From: an uncultured Pseudomonadota bacterium
GTDB lineage: Bacteria > Vulcanimicrobiota > Vulcanimicrobiia > Eremiobacterales > Eremiobacteraceae
DNA length: 64,000 nt
Assembly (NCBI GenBank): GCA_963736005.1
Contig: CAVTNB010000003.1
Location: forward strand, 96,001 to 160,000
Reading direction: 5' to 3'
Notes under the pieces: model-generated
Seen by the model: only the letters and a program-made list of their open reading frames with translations
The model's database searches: none
What the model was told of the DNA's origin: nothing
Program-made: the position numbers and the translations under genes
Shown: positions 51,266-59,971 of the stretch, piece after piece
Layout: every line of letters begins with the position of its first letter
Position numbering within the stretch: position 1 is the first letter of the stretch

Positions 51266-53134
51266 CTACATCATTTGGGTGAGAACTTCTTTGATCGCCC
51301 CCGCCAGCTTCGGGGTGATCCCAGGGACGCTGACGAGCTCCTCGACGCTCGCCCGGCGTACGCCGGAAGCTGAGCCGAACGCCCGTATCAGGGCCTTTCT
51401 CCGAGCGGGTCCGATGCCAGGAATGGCATCGAGGGCGGACGACACAAGGGCCTTGCCGCGCAACCCTCGGTGATAGGCGATTGCAAAACGGTGCGCTTCG
51501 TCTCGCACGTGCTGCACGAGATGCAGTGCAGGCGAGTTGCGCGGCAAAACGATCGGCAGGTCTTCGCCTGGCACGTACAACTCCTCGAACTGCTTCGCCA
51601 GGGCGGCGATTGGCAGCGCAACGAGATCGAGCGTCTCGAGCACTTCGAACGCCGCAGTGAGTTGACCCCGACCCCCGTCGACAATCAAGAGGCTGGGTCG
51701 TTTTGCAAACTTGCGCTCTCTGCCGGCAGACGCCGGCAAGGCGTCCGCGGTGAGGTAACGCAGACGGCGCTCCAGCATTTGCTTCATGTTCGCGAAATCG
51801 TCGTTGCGCTCGTCTCCTTGAATCTTAAAGCGCCGGTACTCGGCCTTTGCTGGCTTGCCGTCTTCAAAGACGACCATCGAACCCACCACATTTGTGCCCG
51901 AGACATGCGAGATGTCAAAGCACTCAATACGTTGCGGGAGAGCCGGCAACCCTAGACTCGCGGCCAATTCCTCGAGCGCCACATTGGTGCGCTCTTCGGC
52001 GACCTCGCGCTTGGCAAGATAATCGGCCAAGTGCTGCTCGGCGTTGCGCGCAACCTTGCGAAGGTACTCGGCCCGTTGGCCGCGCTCGGGAACCAAGATG
52101 CGAACGCGGGAGCCGCGCACGCTCGACAGCGCGCGCTCCAATGATTGCATCTCCGGGATGCGGGCCTCCAGCATCACTTCTTTGGGAATCGCTGGGGATG
52201 CAGCATAAAACTGCTCGACAAACGCAGCGAGTACCTCATCAGGCGAGCGCCCTTCGGTCCCCTCAACAAGAAAGTGCTCCTGACCCAAGAGCTTGCCGCC
52301 GCGCACAAAAAACACTTCCAAACACGAGACGCCCTGCCCGTGCGCCGCAGCGATAAGATCCATGTCGATCTGACTTTTCCAGACGACTTCTTGTCGCGCC
52401 ATGACTCGTTCGAGATCTTTGATGCGATCGCGCAAGCGCGCGGCGTGTTCGAAGGCCAGCTGCTCGGAAGCAAATTCCATTTCGCGCTTGAGCCGGTCAA
52501 CGAGCAACCGATGTCTACCTTCGAGGAACAGCATGACGTCGCGCACGGTGGCGTCGTATTCTTCTTTGGTCTGGAGGAAAGCACACGGCGCCAGGCAGCG
52601 CTTGATGTGGTATTGCAGGCACGGGCGGTGGTAATTGATGCCGATGTCCGTGAACTTGCAGGTGCGCAACGGAAAAGTTCGCCGAATAAGGTCGATCATG
52701 TCGCGCAAGCCGCCGGCGTTGCTGAATGGACCGAAGTATTTCCCGCCATCGCGGATGAGCTTGCGCGTAAAGATGACCCGAGGAAACGCTTCGCCGAGAG
52801 TTACCTTGAGATAGGGATACTTCTTGTCGTCCTTGAGTCGAACGTTGAACGGCGGCTTGTGCTGTTTGATGAGGTTGCATTCGAGCAGCAGCGCCTCGCT
52901 CTCGTTGCGGACGATGATCGTGCGGACTTCGGCGACGCGTTCCACCATTGCATCCAAGCGCGCGCTGTGCGCTCTGCCCGCCTGGAAATACGAGCGCACG
53001 CGCGAGCGCAGGTCAATTGCCTTGCCCACATAGAGCACTTTGCCGGCGGTGTCCACCATTTGATACACGCCGGGAACGGTCGGGAGACGGTCGAGTTGCT
53101 CTTGGAGAGGAGCGGGGAGAGCGGAAGAGGTCAC
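51266..53134 (-). CDS. uvrC: Excinuclease ABC subunit C
   Basis: LP..PGVYQM, YVGKA..LR.RV.SYF, EALLLE.NLIK, RIECFDISH, DGG.GQ, RDEAHRFAI, HhH. Confidence 0.96.
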   Translation of the reverse strand: MTSSALPAPLQEQLDRLPTVPGVYQMVDTAGKVLYVGKAIDLRSRVRSYFQAGRAHSARLDAMVERVAEVRTIIVRNESEALLLECNLIKQHKPPFNVRLKDDKKYPYLKVTLGEAFPRVIFTRKLIRDGGKYFGPFSNAGGLRDMIDLIRRTFPLRTCKFTDIGINYHRPCLQYHIKRCLAPCAFLQTKEEYDATVRDVMLFLEGRHRLLVDRLKREMEFASEQLAFEHAARLRDRIKDLERVMARQEVVWKSQIDMDLIAAAHGQGVSCLEVFFVRGGKLLGQEHFLVEGTEGRSPDEVLAAFVEQFYAASPAIPKEVMLEARIPEMQSLERALSSVRGSRVRILVPERGQRAEYLRKVARNAEQHLADYLAKREVAEERTNVALEELAASLGLPALPQRIECFDISHVSGTNVVGSMVVFEDGKPAKAEYRRFKIQGDERNDDFANMKQMLERRLRYLTADALPASAGRERKFAKRPSLLIVDGGRGQLTAAFEVLETLDLVALPIAALAKQFEELYVPGEDLPIVLPRNSPALHLVQHVRDEAHRFAIAYHRGLRGKALVSSALDAIPGIGPARRKALIRAFGSASGVRRASVEELVSVPGITPKLAGAIKEVLTQMM

Positions 53135-53171
53135 ACAGAGCTCTTTGGCTTCGCGAGGCCGCGCCGCCCGC

Positions 53172-53798
53172 TTACGGACGCGCCGCTTGACGCTCTGCCC
53201 GCAAGTGAATCCACAACCACGCGGCGATTGCGATGACCACGACGCCAAGGAGAATGAACGAGGCAGGCCGGGCGTAGATGCCTAGCCGCACCCAGTTCCT
53301 TCCAAGCGTATAGCCAATCTCGCTGAACAGCGTACACCAGATCGCGGAGCCTAAAAGGGTGTACAAAAGAAACGGAGCGACCGGCATGCGCGTCACGCCC
53401 GCGGGATAGGAGCCAAAGGCTCGGATGCCCGGGAGCAGCTTCGTCACAAGAACGGCGCGCGATCCGTAGCGGGCAAACCAGCGGTCGGCGCGCTCGAGTT
53501 CTCGCTCCCGAACGAAGAAGATTCGGCCGAAGCGGATGAGGAGCGGACGCCCGCCATAGTAGCCGATCAAATAGGCGATAATTGCACCCGAAAAATCGCC
53601 GGCCGTGCCCACGGCAATGACCGGGATGATTTCGAGCACATGCGACGATGCAAGATAGCCTGAGAACGACAGCATCAGTTCGCTTGGTAAAGGCACGCCG
53701 ATGGCTTGGCCGAGCATGCCCGCGTACAGCCCAACATACCCCAAGTGCGAGATGACCCTGATGATCCACCAGGTCAGTTCTAGCTCGAAATGGTGCAT
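53172..53798 (-). CDS. DedA family membrane protein
   Basis: PLPSE, GYYGGR, WF.RYG, LLPGIR, PAG..RM. Confidence 0.9.
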   Translation of the reverse strand: MHHFELELTWWIIRVISHLGYVGLYAGMLGQAIGVPLPSELMLSFSGYLASSHVLEIIPVIAVGTAGDFSGAIIAYLIGYYGGRPLLIRFGRIFFVRERELERADRWFARYGSRAVLVTKLLPGIRAFGSYPAGVTRMPVAPFLLYTLLGSAIWCTLFSEIGYTLGRNWVRLGIYARPASFILLGVVVIAIAAWLWIHLRAERQAARP

Positions 53799-53801
53799 GA
53801 G

Positions 53802-54200
53802 CTAACCCGGCCTCATGGCTGCGTTGGTCGTGAGCCGTCGCATCACGCGCGCAGCAACCCCGCCGCCATCAGAGAGAATCGCTTCGAGCAGATGCACGGG
53901 TTGCACGGATTCGGGAGCGCTTTGCGAGGCAAGCGCGCAAATGCGTTGGACGCGCGGGGTCACGATGACACCTTCCCATGGGTGATCTAACGCCCCATCC
54001 ATGGCTTCGCGCAAGGCGCGCTTTACCTGCCACGGTTCCACTCCAACGCTGGCAAAATACGCTGCGATGTCGGGTGGCGGTGCGATCGCCATGGCCAGGA
54101 GCAAGTGCTCGGTGCCAAGGTAGTACTGGCTTGCATTTCGGCATTCTTGTTCGGCCAGAGTGACGACCGCGCGAGCAGATGGTCCGAAGCGCGAGAACAT
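53802..54200 (-). CDS. Stand-alone Clp protease N-terminal domain protein
   Basis: MF.RF...AR.VV.LA..E, YLGTEHLLLA, HLL.AIL. Confidence 0.8.
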   Translation of the reverse strand: MFSRFGPSARAVVTLAEQECRNASQYYLGTEHLLLAMAIAPPPDIAAYFASVGVEPWQVKRALREAMDGALDHPWEGVIVTPRVQRICALASQSAPESVQPVHLLEAILSDGGGVAARVMRRLTTNAAMRPG

Positions 54201-54210
54201 TGCTACCAAC

Positions 54211-54681
54211 TCACCTCACGGCCTCAACGTTCTCGTTCAAACTGGAACCATCGGCGGTCAATGCGAAGGTGATCATCACCTGATCACCTGGCGCCTCGTT
54301 GCCACCCAGCGAGGCATAGAGCCGCATCGCCGGCTCATTTTGTCGCTCAGTAAGGACCCAGGCTTCCACACACCCGGTTGCTCGACCGGCCTCGAGGAGC
54401 GCCCGCAACACTGCCGTTCCGATCCCGCGCCCCTGATGAGTCGGTGCTACCCCAACCTCATTTATCCATAATTCTGGGCGCTTATCTGGATGCACGTAAT
54501 GAACTGCCGACGCAAAGCCAACCACCAAACTATTTTCAATTGCGACCACGAGATGATGCCGCGCATCCCCGAGAAATTCTTCAGTTAACTGCTGGTTAAG
54601 ATCGCAGTCAAAAACACCGGCCGCGACGTTGGCAAGCACAGCTTCATCCCCATGTCGCAGAAGCTTGATCTCTAATGCCAT
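54211..54681 (-). CDS. GNAT family acetyltransferase
   Basis: EVGVAP..QGRGIG, N..A..LY.SLG. Confidence 0.88.
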   Translation of the reverse strand: MALEIKLLRHGDEAVLANVAAGVFDCDLNQQLTEEFLGDARHHLVVAIENSLVVGFASAVHYVHPDKRPELWINEVGVAPTHQGRGIGTAVLRALLEAGRATGCVEAWVLTERQNEPAMRLYASLGGNEAPGDQVMITFALTADGSSLNENVEAVR

Positions 54682-54713
54682 GGTGTGTCGGCCTCACGCA
54701 GGGAAAACCAGTA

Positions 54714-54788
<75 letters not shown>

Positions 54789-54912
54789 CACCTGACCGCT
54801 CCTTGGCTTCTGCCGCATTTTGACGCCTTCCTTGAAGCATTGCCAGAACCGGGAATCACAAACCGGCGCCCCGAAGCCGAATGTCGCTTTTCCATCACTG
54901 GAGTTACACCGA

Positions 54913-55575
54913 ATGCGATTTCTTATTGTCGGATGCGGCCGCGTTGGCTCGACGCTGGCCAAACGCCTCGCGCGTGACGGTCATGACGTCACCGTCGTGG
55001 ACGAAAACTCCAATGCGTTTCGTCGCGTCGGTCGTGACTTTCCCGGCAAGCTCGTGTTGGGTACGGGTATCGACGTGGACGTGCTGCGGCGCGCGGGTGC
55101 GGAGTCTGCCGATGGCTTTGCCGCGGTCACGCAGGGCGACAATCGCAACATCATGGCCGCCCTTATTGCGCAGCAACACTTCAAGATTCCCCGGGTGGTC
55201 GCCCGAATCTACGATCCTGAGCGCTCTTCCATGTATCGGGATTTCGGGATCTCGACCGTGTGCCCGACGACCGTTGGTGCGCGACTGATGTCGGGAGCGC
55301 TGCTCGAAGCCCAGTTCTCGTCGCTGCTTTTCGATCAGGCCGACTCCGAAATTGTCGAGGAGACGGTGACAGCGGAGAAGGCCGCACGCACCGTGCAGGA
55401 CCTCACCGTGCCCGAGAAGAGCCAGATCGCCCTCATTGTGCGCAGCAATCACAGCGTGATCCCGACGCCGGCGACGAAGCTCGAAAAGGGCGACAGAGTG
55501 GTCGCTATTGTGAAATCCGAATTTGTTGGCGAGTTCCGCAAGATCTTTGCCGGCACGCTCGCGAAAGCTGTATAG
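54913..55575 (+). CDS. TrkA-family (RCK) potassium uptake regulatory protein
   Basis: IVGCGRVG, T.GDNRN, VARIYDP, TrkA_C domain. Confidence 0.9.
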   Translation: MRFLIVGCGRVGSTLAKRLARDGHDVTVVDENSNAFRRVGRDFPGKLVLGTGIDVDVLRRAGAESADGFAAVTQGDNRNIMAALIAQQHFKIPRVVARIYDPERSSMYRDFGISTVCPTTVGARLMSGALLEAQFSSLLFDQADSEIVEETVTAEKAARTVQDLTVPEKSQIALIVRSNHSVIPTPATKLEKGDRVVAIVKSEFVGEFRKIFAGTLAKAV

Positions 55576-55578
55576 TTC

Positions 55579-56244
55579 ATGTTTATCGTTGTAGTCGGCG
55601 GCGGCAAGCTTGGCACCTATGTTGCGAAAGCGCTCCTCGAAGAGAAACACGAGGTCGTTGTCATCGAGAAGGATGAAAAGAAGGCCGCTCGGCTGTGCCA
55701 GTTTCTGAGCTGTGAGATTGCCAGAGTCGGCGACGGCTGCGATCCAGGCGTGCTCGAGGAGGCCGGCGTGGCCCGAGCAGACGTGGTAATTGCGGATACG
55801 GGCGACGACGAGGACAATCTCGTGATCTGCCTCGTGACCAAGAAAAAATTCACCCGCCCGCGTACCATCGCACGCGTCAACAATCCCAAAAACAAACAGA
55901 TCTTCGAGGAGCTCGGCATCGACTCGGTCGTGAGCGGCACGGAGATCGTTTTGAGCATCGTGCAGCAGGAGGTCAACGTCAAGGACGTCTCCCCGCTCAT
56001 GACGTTTCGCGGTGGGAATCTCGAGCTCGTCAGACTGTCGGTCCCCGCGTCATCCCCGGCGAATCAAAAACGTCTCTCCGATCTGCGGTTGCCCAAGCAC
56101 TGCGTGATCGTGGCCCTAGAGCGAGAAGGCGATGTGATCGTGCCTGATGGGGAAACCCTCGTGCGGGCCGGCGACGCAATGTTGATCGTCATGCAACCGG
56201 GCGCAACCAAAGAATTGCGCAACGAACTTGTCGGCGCAGTGTAA
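55579..56244 (+). CDS. TrkA-family (RCK) potassium uptake regulatory protein
   Basis: VVGGGKLG, TGDDEDNL, ARVNNPKN, TrkA_C domain. Confidence 0.9.
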   Translation: MFIVVVGGGKLGTYVAKALLEEKHEVVVIEKDEKKAARLCQFLSCEIARVGDGCDPGVLEEAGVARADVVIADTGDDEDNLVICLVTKKKFTRPRTIARVNNPKNKQIFEELGIDSVVSGTEIVLSIVQQEVNVKDVSPLMTFRGGNLELVRLSVPASSPANQKRLSDLRLPKHCVIVALEREGDVIVPDGETLVRAGDAMLIVMQPGATKELRNELVGAV

Positions 56245-56252
56245 CGGGCGAT

Positions 56253-56456
56253 TAACGCGCGAATACATTCGCGCGACTACATGGGATTCTTGAAGCGAGC
56301 CAAAATGTAGTGTCGCGAATTCATTCGCGACCAAGAATAACGCGCGAATAAATTCGCGCAACTACATGGGATTCTTGAAGCGAGCCAAAATGTAGTGTCG
56401 CGAATTCATTCGCGACCAAAAATAACGCGCGAATAAATTCGCGCAACTACATGGGC
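56253..56456. repeat. BIME-like array of five alternating family B REPs, 85-bp unit
   Basis: TAACGCGCGAATAnATTCGCGCnACTACATGGGATTCTTGAAGCGAGCCAAAATGTAGTGTCGCGAATTCATTCGCGACCAA repeated about 2.4 times. Confidence 0.92.
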
Positions 56457-56460
56457 GACT

Positions 56461-57741
56461 TTAGCCGAAGCCGCGGGTGAAATTGCCGACCTTCACCGTT
56501 GGAAATTCGCTCTTCAACCAACGTAACCACGCGCGCATGCCGAGCGGCGCGGTTGAAGGCCGGCCCACCGACGCGAAGTACAAAGCCGGGTCGACGTTGA
56601 GCGTTCGCGTCTGGACCATGTTGATCGGAATCTCGATCAGGAGTTGGGCGAATGCGCTCATCTCGACTGGATCGTCTGTCACGCCCGGATGGGTGAGGAG
56701 ATTCAATGAAATGTTGATGCCTCGGGACGCGGCCACCCTTAAACTCTCGACGACCTGCTCGAAGCTATACCCCTTGGGCCGGTAGTAGGCTGCATACGTC
56801 TGCGGCCGAACCGAATTCACGCTGACCCGAATTGATTGGAGACCTGCGTCGATCAGCCGAGCAAGTGCTTTTGGCATGCTCGCGTTCGTGTTGCAGTGAA
56901 TGACGCCGGCCGATGTCACCGAGCGAATGCGCCCTATGGCTTGTTCGATCCAAGGAGCGGCTAGCAGCGGCTCGCCCTCGCAACCTTGGCCGAACGAAAC
57001 CAGCCCGTCCGGCACGCTACGAAGATGCGCGGTCGCAACCTCGCAAATTTCCTCGACGGTTGGGCGAGTGCGCACGCGTTCCTGGGCGCTGCGGATCTGC
57101 GCGTCGGGCTCCTGTTCGGAGATGCATCCAAGACAGCGTGCGTTGCACGCGGGTGACACTGGAAGCGCCGCTTCACCCATCCGCAGGAAGACATTTTGTG
57201 CGGTAAAGCAGCCGTATTCGGTCGCGCAGCGAGCAAGTTGCGCAACGAGCGCGTTGTTTGGGAACTCTAGCGAGCGCAACGCGATGCCTTCCCGCACAGC
57301 CTCTGCAGCATGGGCCTGGGGCGACCAGCTTTCGAGCTCATCGGTGCGCACAGCTGCAACACGAAACCCGCCATCACTCCAAGCGACTGCCGTATAACCA
57401 TATAGGGGAAGTCGCGGTGCGTTCTTGCGCTCGACATACGCGGGGAGGAGCACGCGCGTGTAGCCGAGGGGAAGGGCTGCCGCAACCGCCGTTATCTCTT
57501 CATCAGCGTGGTGGCTTATGACCGCCGCCGCAGCATCGCTGTACCCGAAGACCTGCCTCCCCGGCAGCGTCAGCAGCAGCGCTCCTTCGGGGAGGGGGAT
57601 GAAATCATCTGGGTCAGCCGGACCGATGAAACCGTTGTCTGCAGCGGCAGCGACCTGCGGCAGATCGAGCACAGAACCGTCGGCTCGAGCAAACACTGCC
57701 TTGAGTGTTGCCGAGGTAACCCGCGATGTCTTCACCGCCAT
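56461..57741 (-). CDS. Radical SAM protein
   Basis: CNARCLGC (CxxxCxxC), SFGQGCEGEPL, NTNA. Confidence 0.88.
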   Translation of the reverse strand: MAVKTSRVTSATLKAVFARADGSVLDLPQVAAAADNGFIGPADPDDFIPLPEGALLLTLPGRQVFGYSDAAAAVISHHADEEITAVAAALPLGYTRVLLPAYVERKNAPRLPLYGYTAVAWSDGGFRVAAVRTDELESWSPQAHAAEAVREGIALRSLEFPNNALVAQLARCATEYGCFTAQNVFLRMGEAALPVSPACNARCLGCISEQEPDAQIRSAQERVRTRPTVEEICEVATAHLRSVPDGLVSFGQGCEGEPLLAAPWIEQAIGRIRSVTSAGVIHCNTNASMPKALARLIDAGLQSIRVSVNSVRPQTYAAYYRPKGYSFEQVVESLRVAASRGINISLNLLTHPGVTDDPVEMSAFAQLLIEIPINMVQTRTLNVDPALYFASVGRPSTAPLGMRAWLRWLKSEFPTVKVGNFTRGFG

Positions 57742-57745
57742 CGCT

Positions 57746-58633
57746 CTAGGGGATAGCCTGCAACAAGGCAGTGGGCACGTCCACCGTGGTGCGATAAACG
57801 AGGTGGGCATCGCCCGTCAAGTACGCCGGATGACCGGCTCCCGCCCATTCCACAAGAACCTTGCCTCCGCGGGAATGAACGACGACGGGAGACTCCGCGC
57901 GACCGGAATGCATCGCGGCTGCGGCGGCAGCGCATGCGCCGGTCCCGCACGCCCACGTCTCACCAACCCCGCGCTCGCGCACGCGCATGTGGATGCCGTC
58001 GGCCATGACCGTAGCAAATTCGACATTGGTTGCATCGACGTTGGCGCTGACGTTGGCAGCTGCGGCCAAGGCTTCAAGGTCGATTGCTGCCGGATCACCG
58101 GCGCCAAAGACGACCGTATGCGGATTTCCCATGGACACAGAATACGCTTCGTACCGCTCGCCCGAGAATGAGAACGTCCGCCCTTGCGCGACCGCGCGCG
58201 AATGAATTCGCGCGTCTACATTTTTGTCTTCGCTCGAATGTGTTTTAGGGATTTCTGGCACACCCATCGCGGCTCGAACGCCAGGTTGCCCTTGCCATGT
58301 TGCAATGTTCGTGCGCATCACACCCGACGCGGTTTCAATGTCGAACTGAGTCTTCGCGGGATTCTCCTCGTGAAGGTACCTCGTCACGCAGCGAATGCCG
58401 TTGCCGCACATCTCCGCTTCGCTCCCATCAGCGTTGAAGGTTCTCATCGAGGCAGCACAGCCCGGCGCGGTTGGCTCGCCGATGACAAGCAAGCCATCGG
58501 CGCCCAGAGAAAACCGGCGGTGGCAAAGCTCCCTGGCGATCGCCGCGTAGGGCCTCTCCGCTACGCCGCGAGCATCGAGGAGAACGAAGTCGTTCCCCGT
58601 CCCATGGCACTTGGTGACGGCGATGAGCGGCAT
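57746..58633 (-). CDS. dapF: Diaminopimelate epimerase
   Basis: K.HGTGNDF, GADG, NADGSEAEMCGNG.RC, SMGNPH, ERGVGET.ACGTGA. Confidence 0.95.
   Translation of the reverse strand: MPLIAVTKCHGTGNDFVLLDARGVAERPYAAIARELCHRRFSLGADGLLVIGEPTAPGCAASMRTFNADGSEAEMCGNGIRCVTRYLHEENPAKTQFDIETASGVMRTNIATWQGQPGVRAAMGVPEIPKTHSSEDKNVDARIHSRAVAQGRTFSFSGERYEAYSVSMGNPHTVVFGAGDPAAIDLEALAAAANVSANVDATNVEFATVMADGIHMRVRERGVGETWACGTGACAAAAAAMHSGRAESPVVVHSRGGKVLVEWAGAGHPAYLTGDAHLVYRTTVDVPTALLQAIP
58195..58219 (-). repeat. Family B REP inside dapF, in frame
   Basis: GTAGACGCGCGAATTCATTCGCGCG, encoding VDARIHSR. Confidence 0.88.
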
Positions 58634-58647
58634 GAGCCGACGTGAGG

Positions 58648-58965
58648 CTACGGTGCTACGGAAGTTCGAACGACGCCGTCCGTTGCAGCGACTTCGTGAC
58701 CATCAGCGGCAACTGCCGCGTTGGGGCGCACAGCCCCGATCTCCGCTCCCGAGAACTGCACCGGCGTTTGCGGCGAAACGGTCGAGACCGCATGCTTATA
58801 GACAAGGTGCGGTTTGTTATCGTATTCGAGGATTATCGTGAAATTATCGAAACCGCGGACGTGTCCGCGCAGCTGGAAACCATTGCGCAAATAGATCGTT
58901 ACCGGCGCGTTTTCGCGCTTGATCGCTTGCAAATATGCGTCTTGCAAGGGCAGATTATTTTTCAC
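58648..58965 (-). CDS. hfq: RNA chaperone Hfq
   Basis: LQD.YL, V.IYL.NGFQLRG, FDNF, LVYKHAVSTV.P; downstream of miaA. Confidence 0.95.
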   Translation of the reverse strand: MKNNLPLQDAYLQAIKRENAPVTIYLRNGFQLRGHVRGFDNFTIILEYDNKPHLVYKHAVSTVSPQTPVQFSGAEIGAVRPNAAVAADGHEVAATDGVVRTSVAP

Positions 58966-59041
58966 GCCATCTTCTCCATTATCTCTCTTGCGGTGGCATG
59001 GAATGCAACAACCACCGCTGCTTTTGGCGGTCGCCACTCTT

Positions 59042-59971
59042 TCACGCCGGCACCAATCTTTCCCTTGCCAGCGCAACGATGCTGGCCGTCGCGCGTTCCT
59101 CGTCCAATGCATCGATAATGGGTACGTCGCGCATGTGGCGGAACCAGGTTTCCTGACGCTTCGAGTACTGCTCGGTGCGCGCAATGGTCCGACGTATCGC
59201 TTCCTGTTCCGTCGCACATCCATCCCACAGTGCGAGGGCTTCCGCGTAGCCTAAACCGGACAAAGCCGGCGCACCAGGTGCACCAGCTCGCACGGTCCGC
59301 GCTTCTTGCATAAGGCCGGCACGAAACATTTCATGCACGCGCAGTGCGATGCGCCGCCGCAGCTCTTCGCGTGGCAGGCTCATGCGAACAACCACGAAGC
59401 GGATATCGCTGCAAGCGTCGCGCTCCAAACGATCCGGCAAGACCTCACTCATGGCACGCTCCAGCCCTCTCAAGATTCTGTACGAATCGCTCGGTCGAGC
59501 GCCGGCTGCGATGGAAGGCGCTTTCACACGCAGCCACTCCCATAAGAACTTGGGAGGGTGGACGCTGCCTTCAAGCCGTAGCCGCGCGCGCAATGCCTCG
59601 TCTGGCGGTGGGCGATCCAGAGGCATTCTTCCGGTGAGTGCCTCGACATAGAATCCCGTGCCCCCAACGATGATGGCGAGCTTCCCGCGCTTGCAAATGT
59701 CGCGCGTGATGCGGGCGGCGTCCGCGGCGAAGCGTGCGGCGCTGTAGCGTTGCGATGGATCCAAGAAGCCGTAGAGATGGTGCGGCACGCGTTCGAGGCT
59801 ATCGTGCGTCGGCATGCCGGTGCCGATGCTCATGCCGCGATACACTTGCCGGGAGTCGGCGTTTACGATTTCGCCGCCGAACAACTCCGCCACTCGTAAT
59901 GCGATCGCGGACTTCCCTGATGCCGTAGAGCCACAGATGACAAGTGCGCGCGAGTCTTCGCGCCCGCTCAC
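59042..59971 (-). CDS. miaA: tRNA dimethylallyltransferase
   Basis: GSTASGKS, NADSRQVYRGM.IGT, PHHL, VGGTGFY, KRQ.TWF. Confidence 0.95.
   Translation of the reverse strand: MSGREDSRALVICGSTASGKSAIALRVAELFGGEIVNADSRQVYRGMSIGTGMPTHDSLERVPHHLYGFLDPSQRYSAARFAADAARITRDICKRGKLAIIVGGTGFYVEALTGRMPLDRPPPDEALRARLRLEGSVHPPKFLWEWLRVKAPSIAAGARPSDSYRILRGLERAMSEVLPDRLERDACSDIRFVVVRMSLPREELRRRIALRVHEMFRAGLMQEARTVRAGAPGAPALSGLGYAEALALWDGCATEQEAIRRTIARTEQYSKRQETWFRHMRDVPIIDALDEERATASIVALARERLVPA

Noticed and set aside
54913..56244. Two trkA genes without a TrkH/KtrB channel as a novel system
   Set aside because: Tandem RCK genes apart from their transporter are known (e.g. actinobacterial ceoB/ceoC).
56253..56456. 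CRISPR array
   Set aside because: Alternating-orientation palindromes with identical linkers fit a BIME-like REP mosaic.
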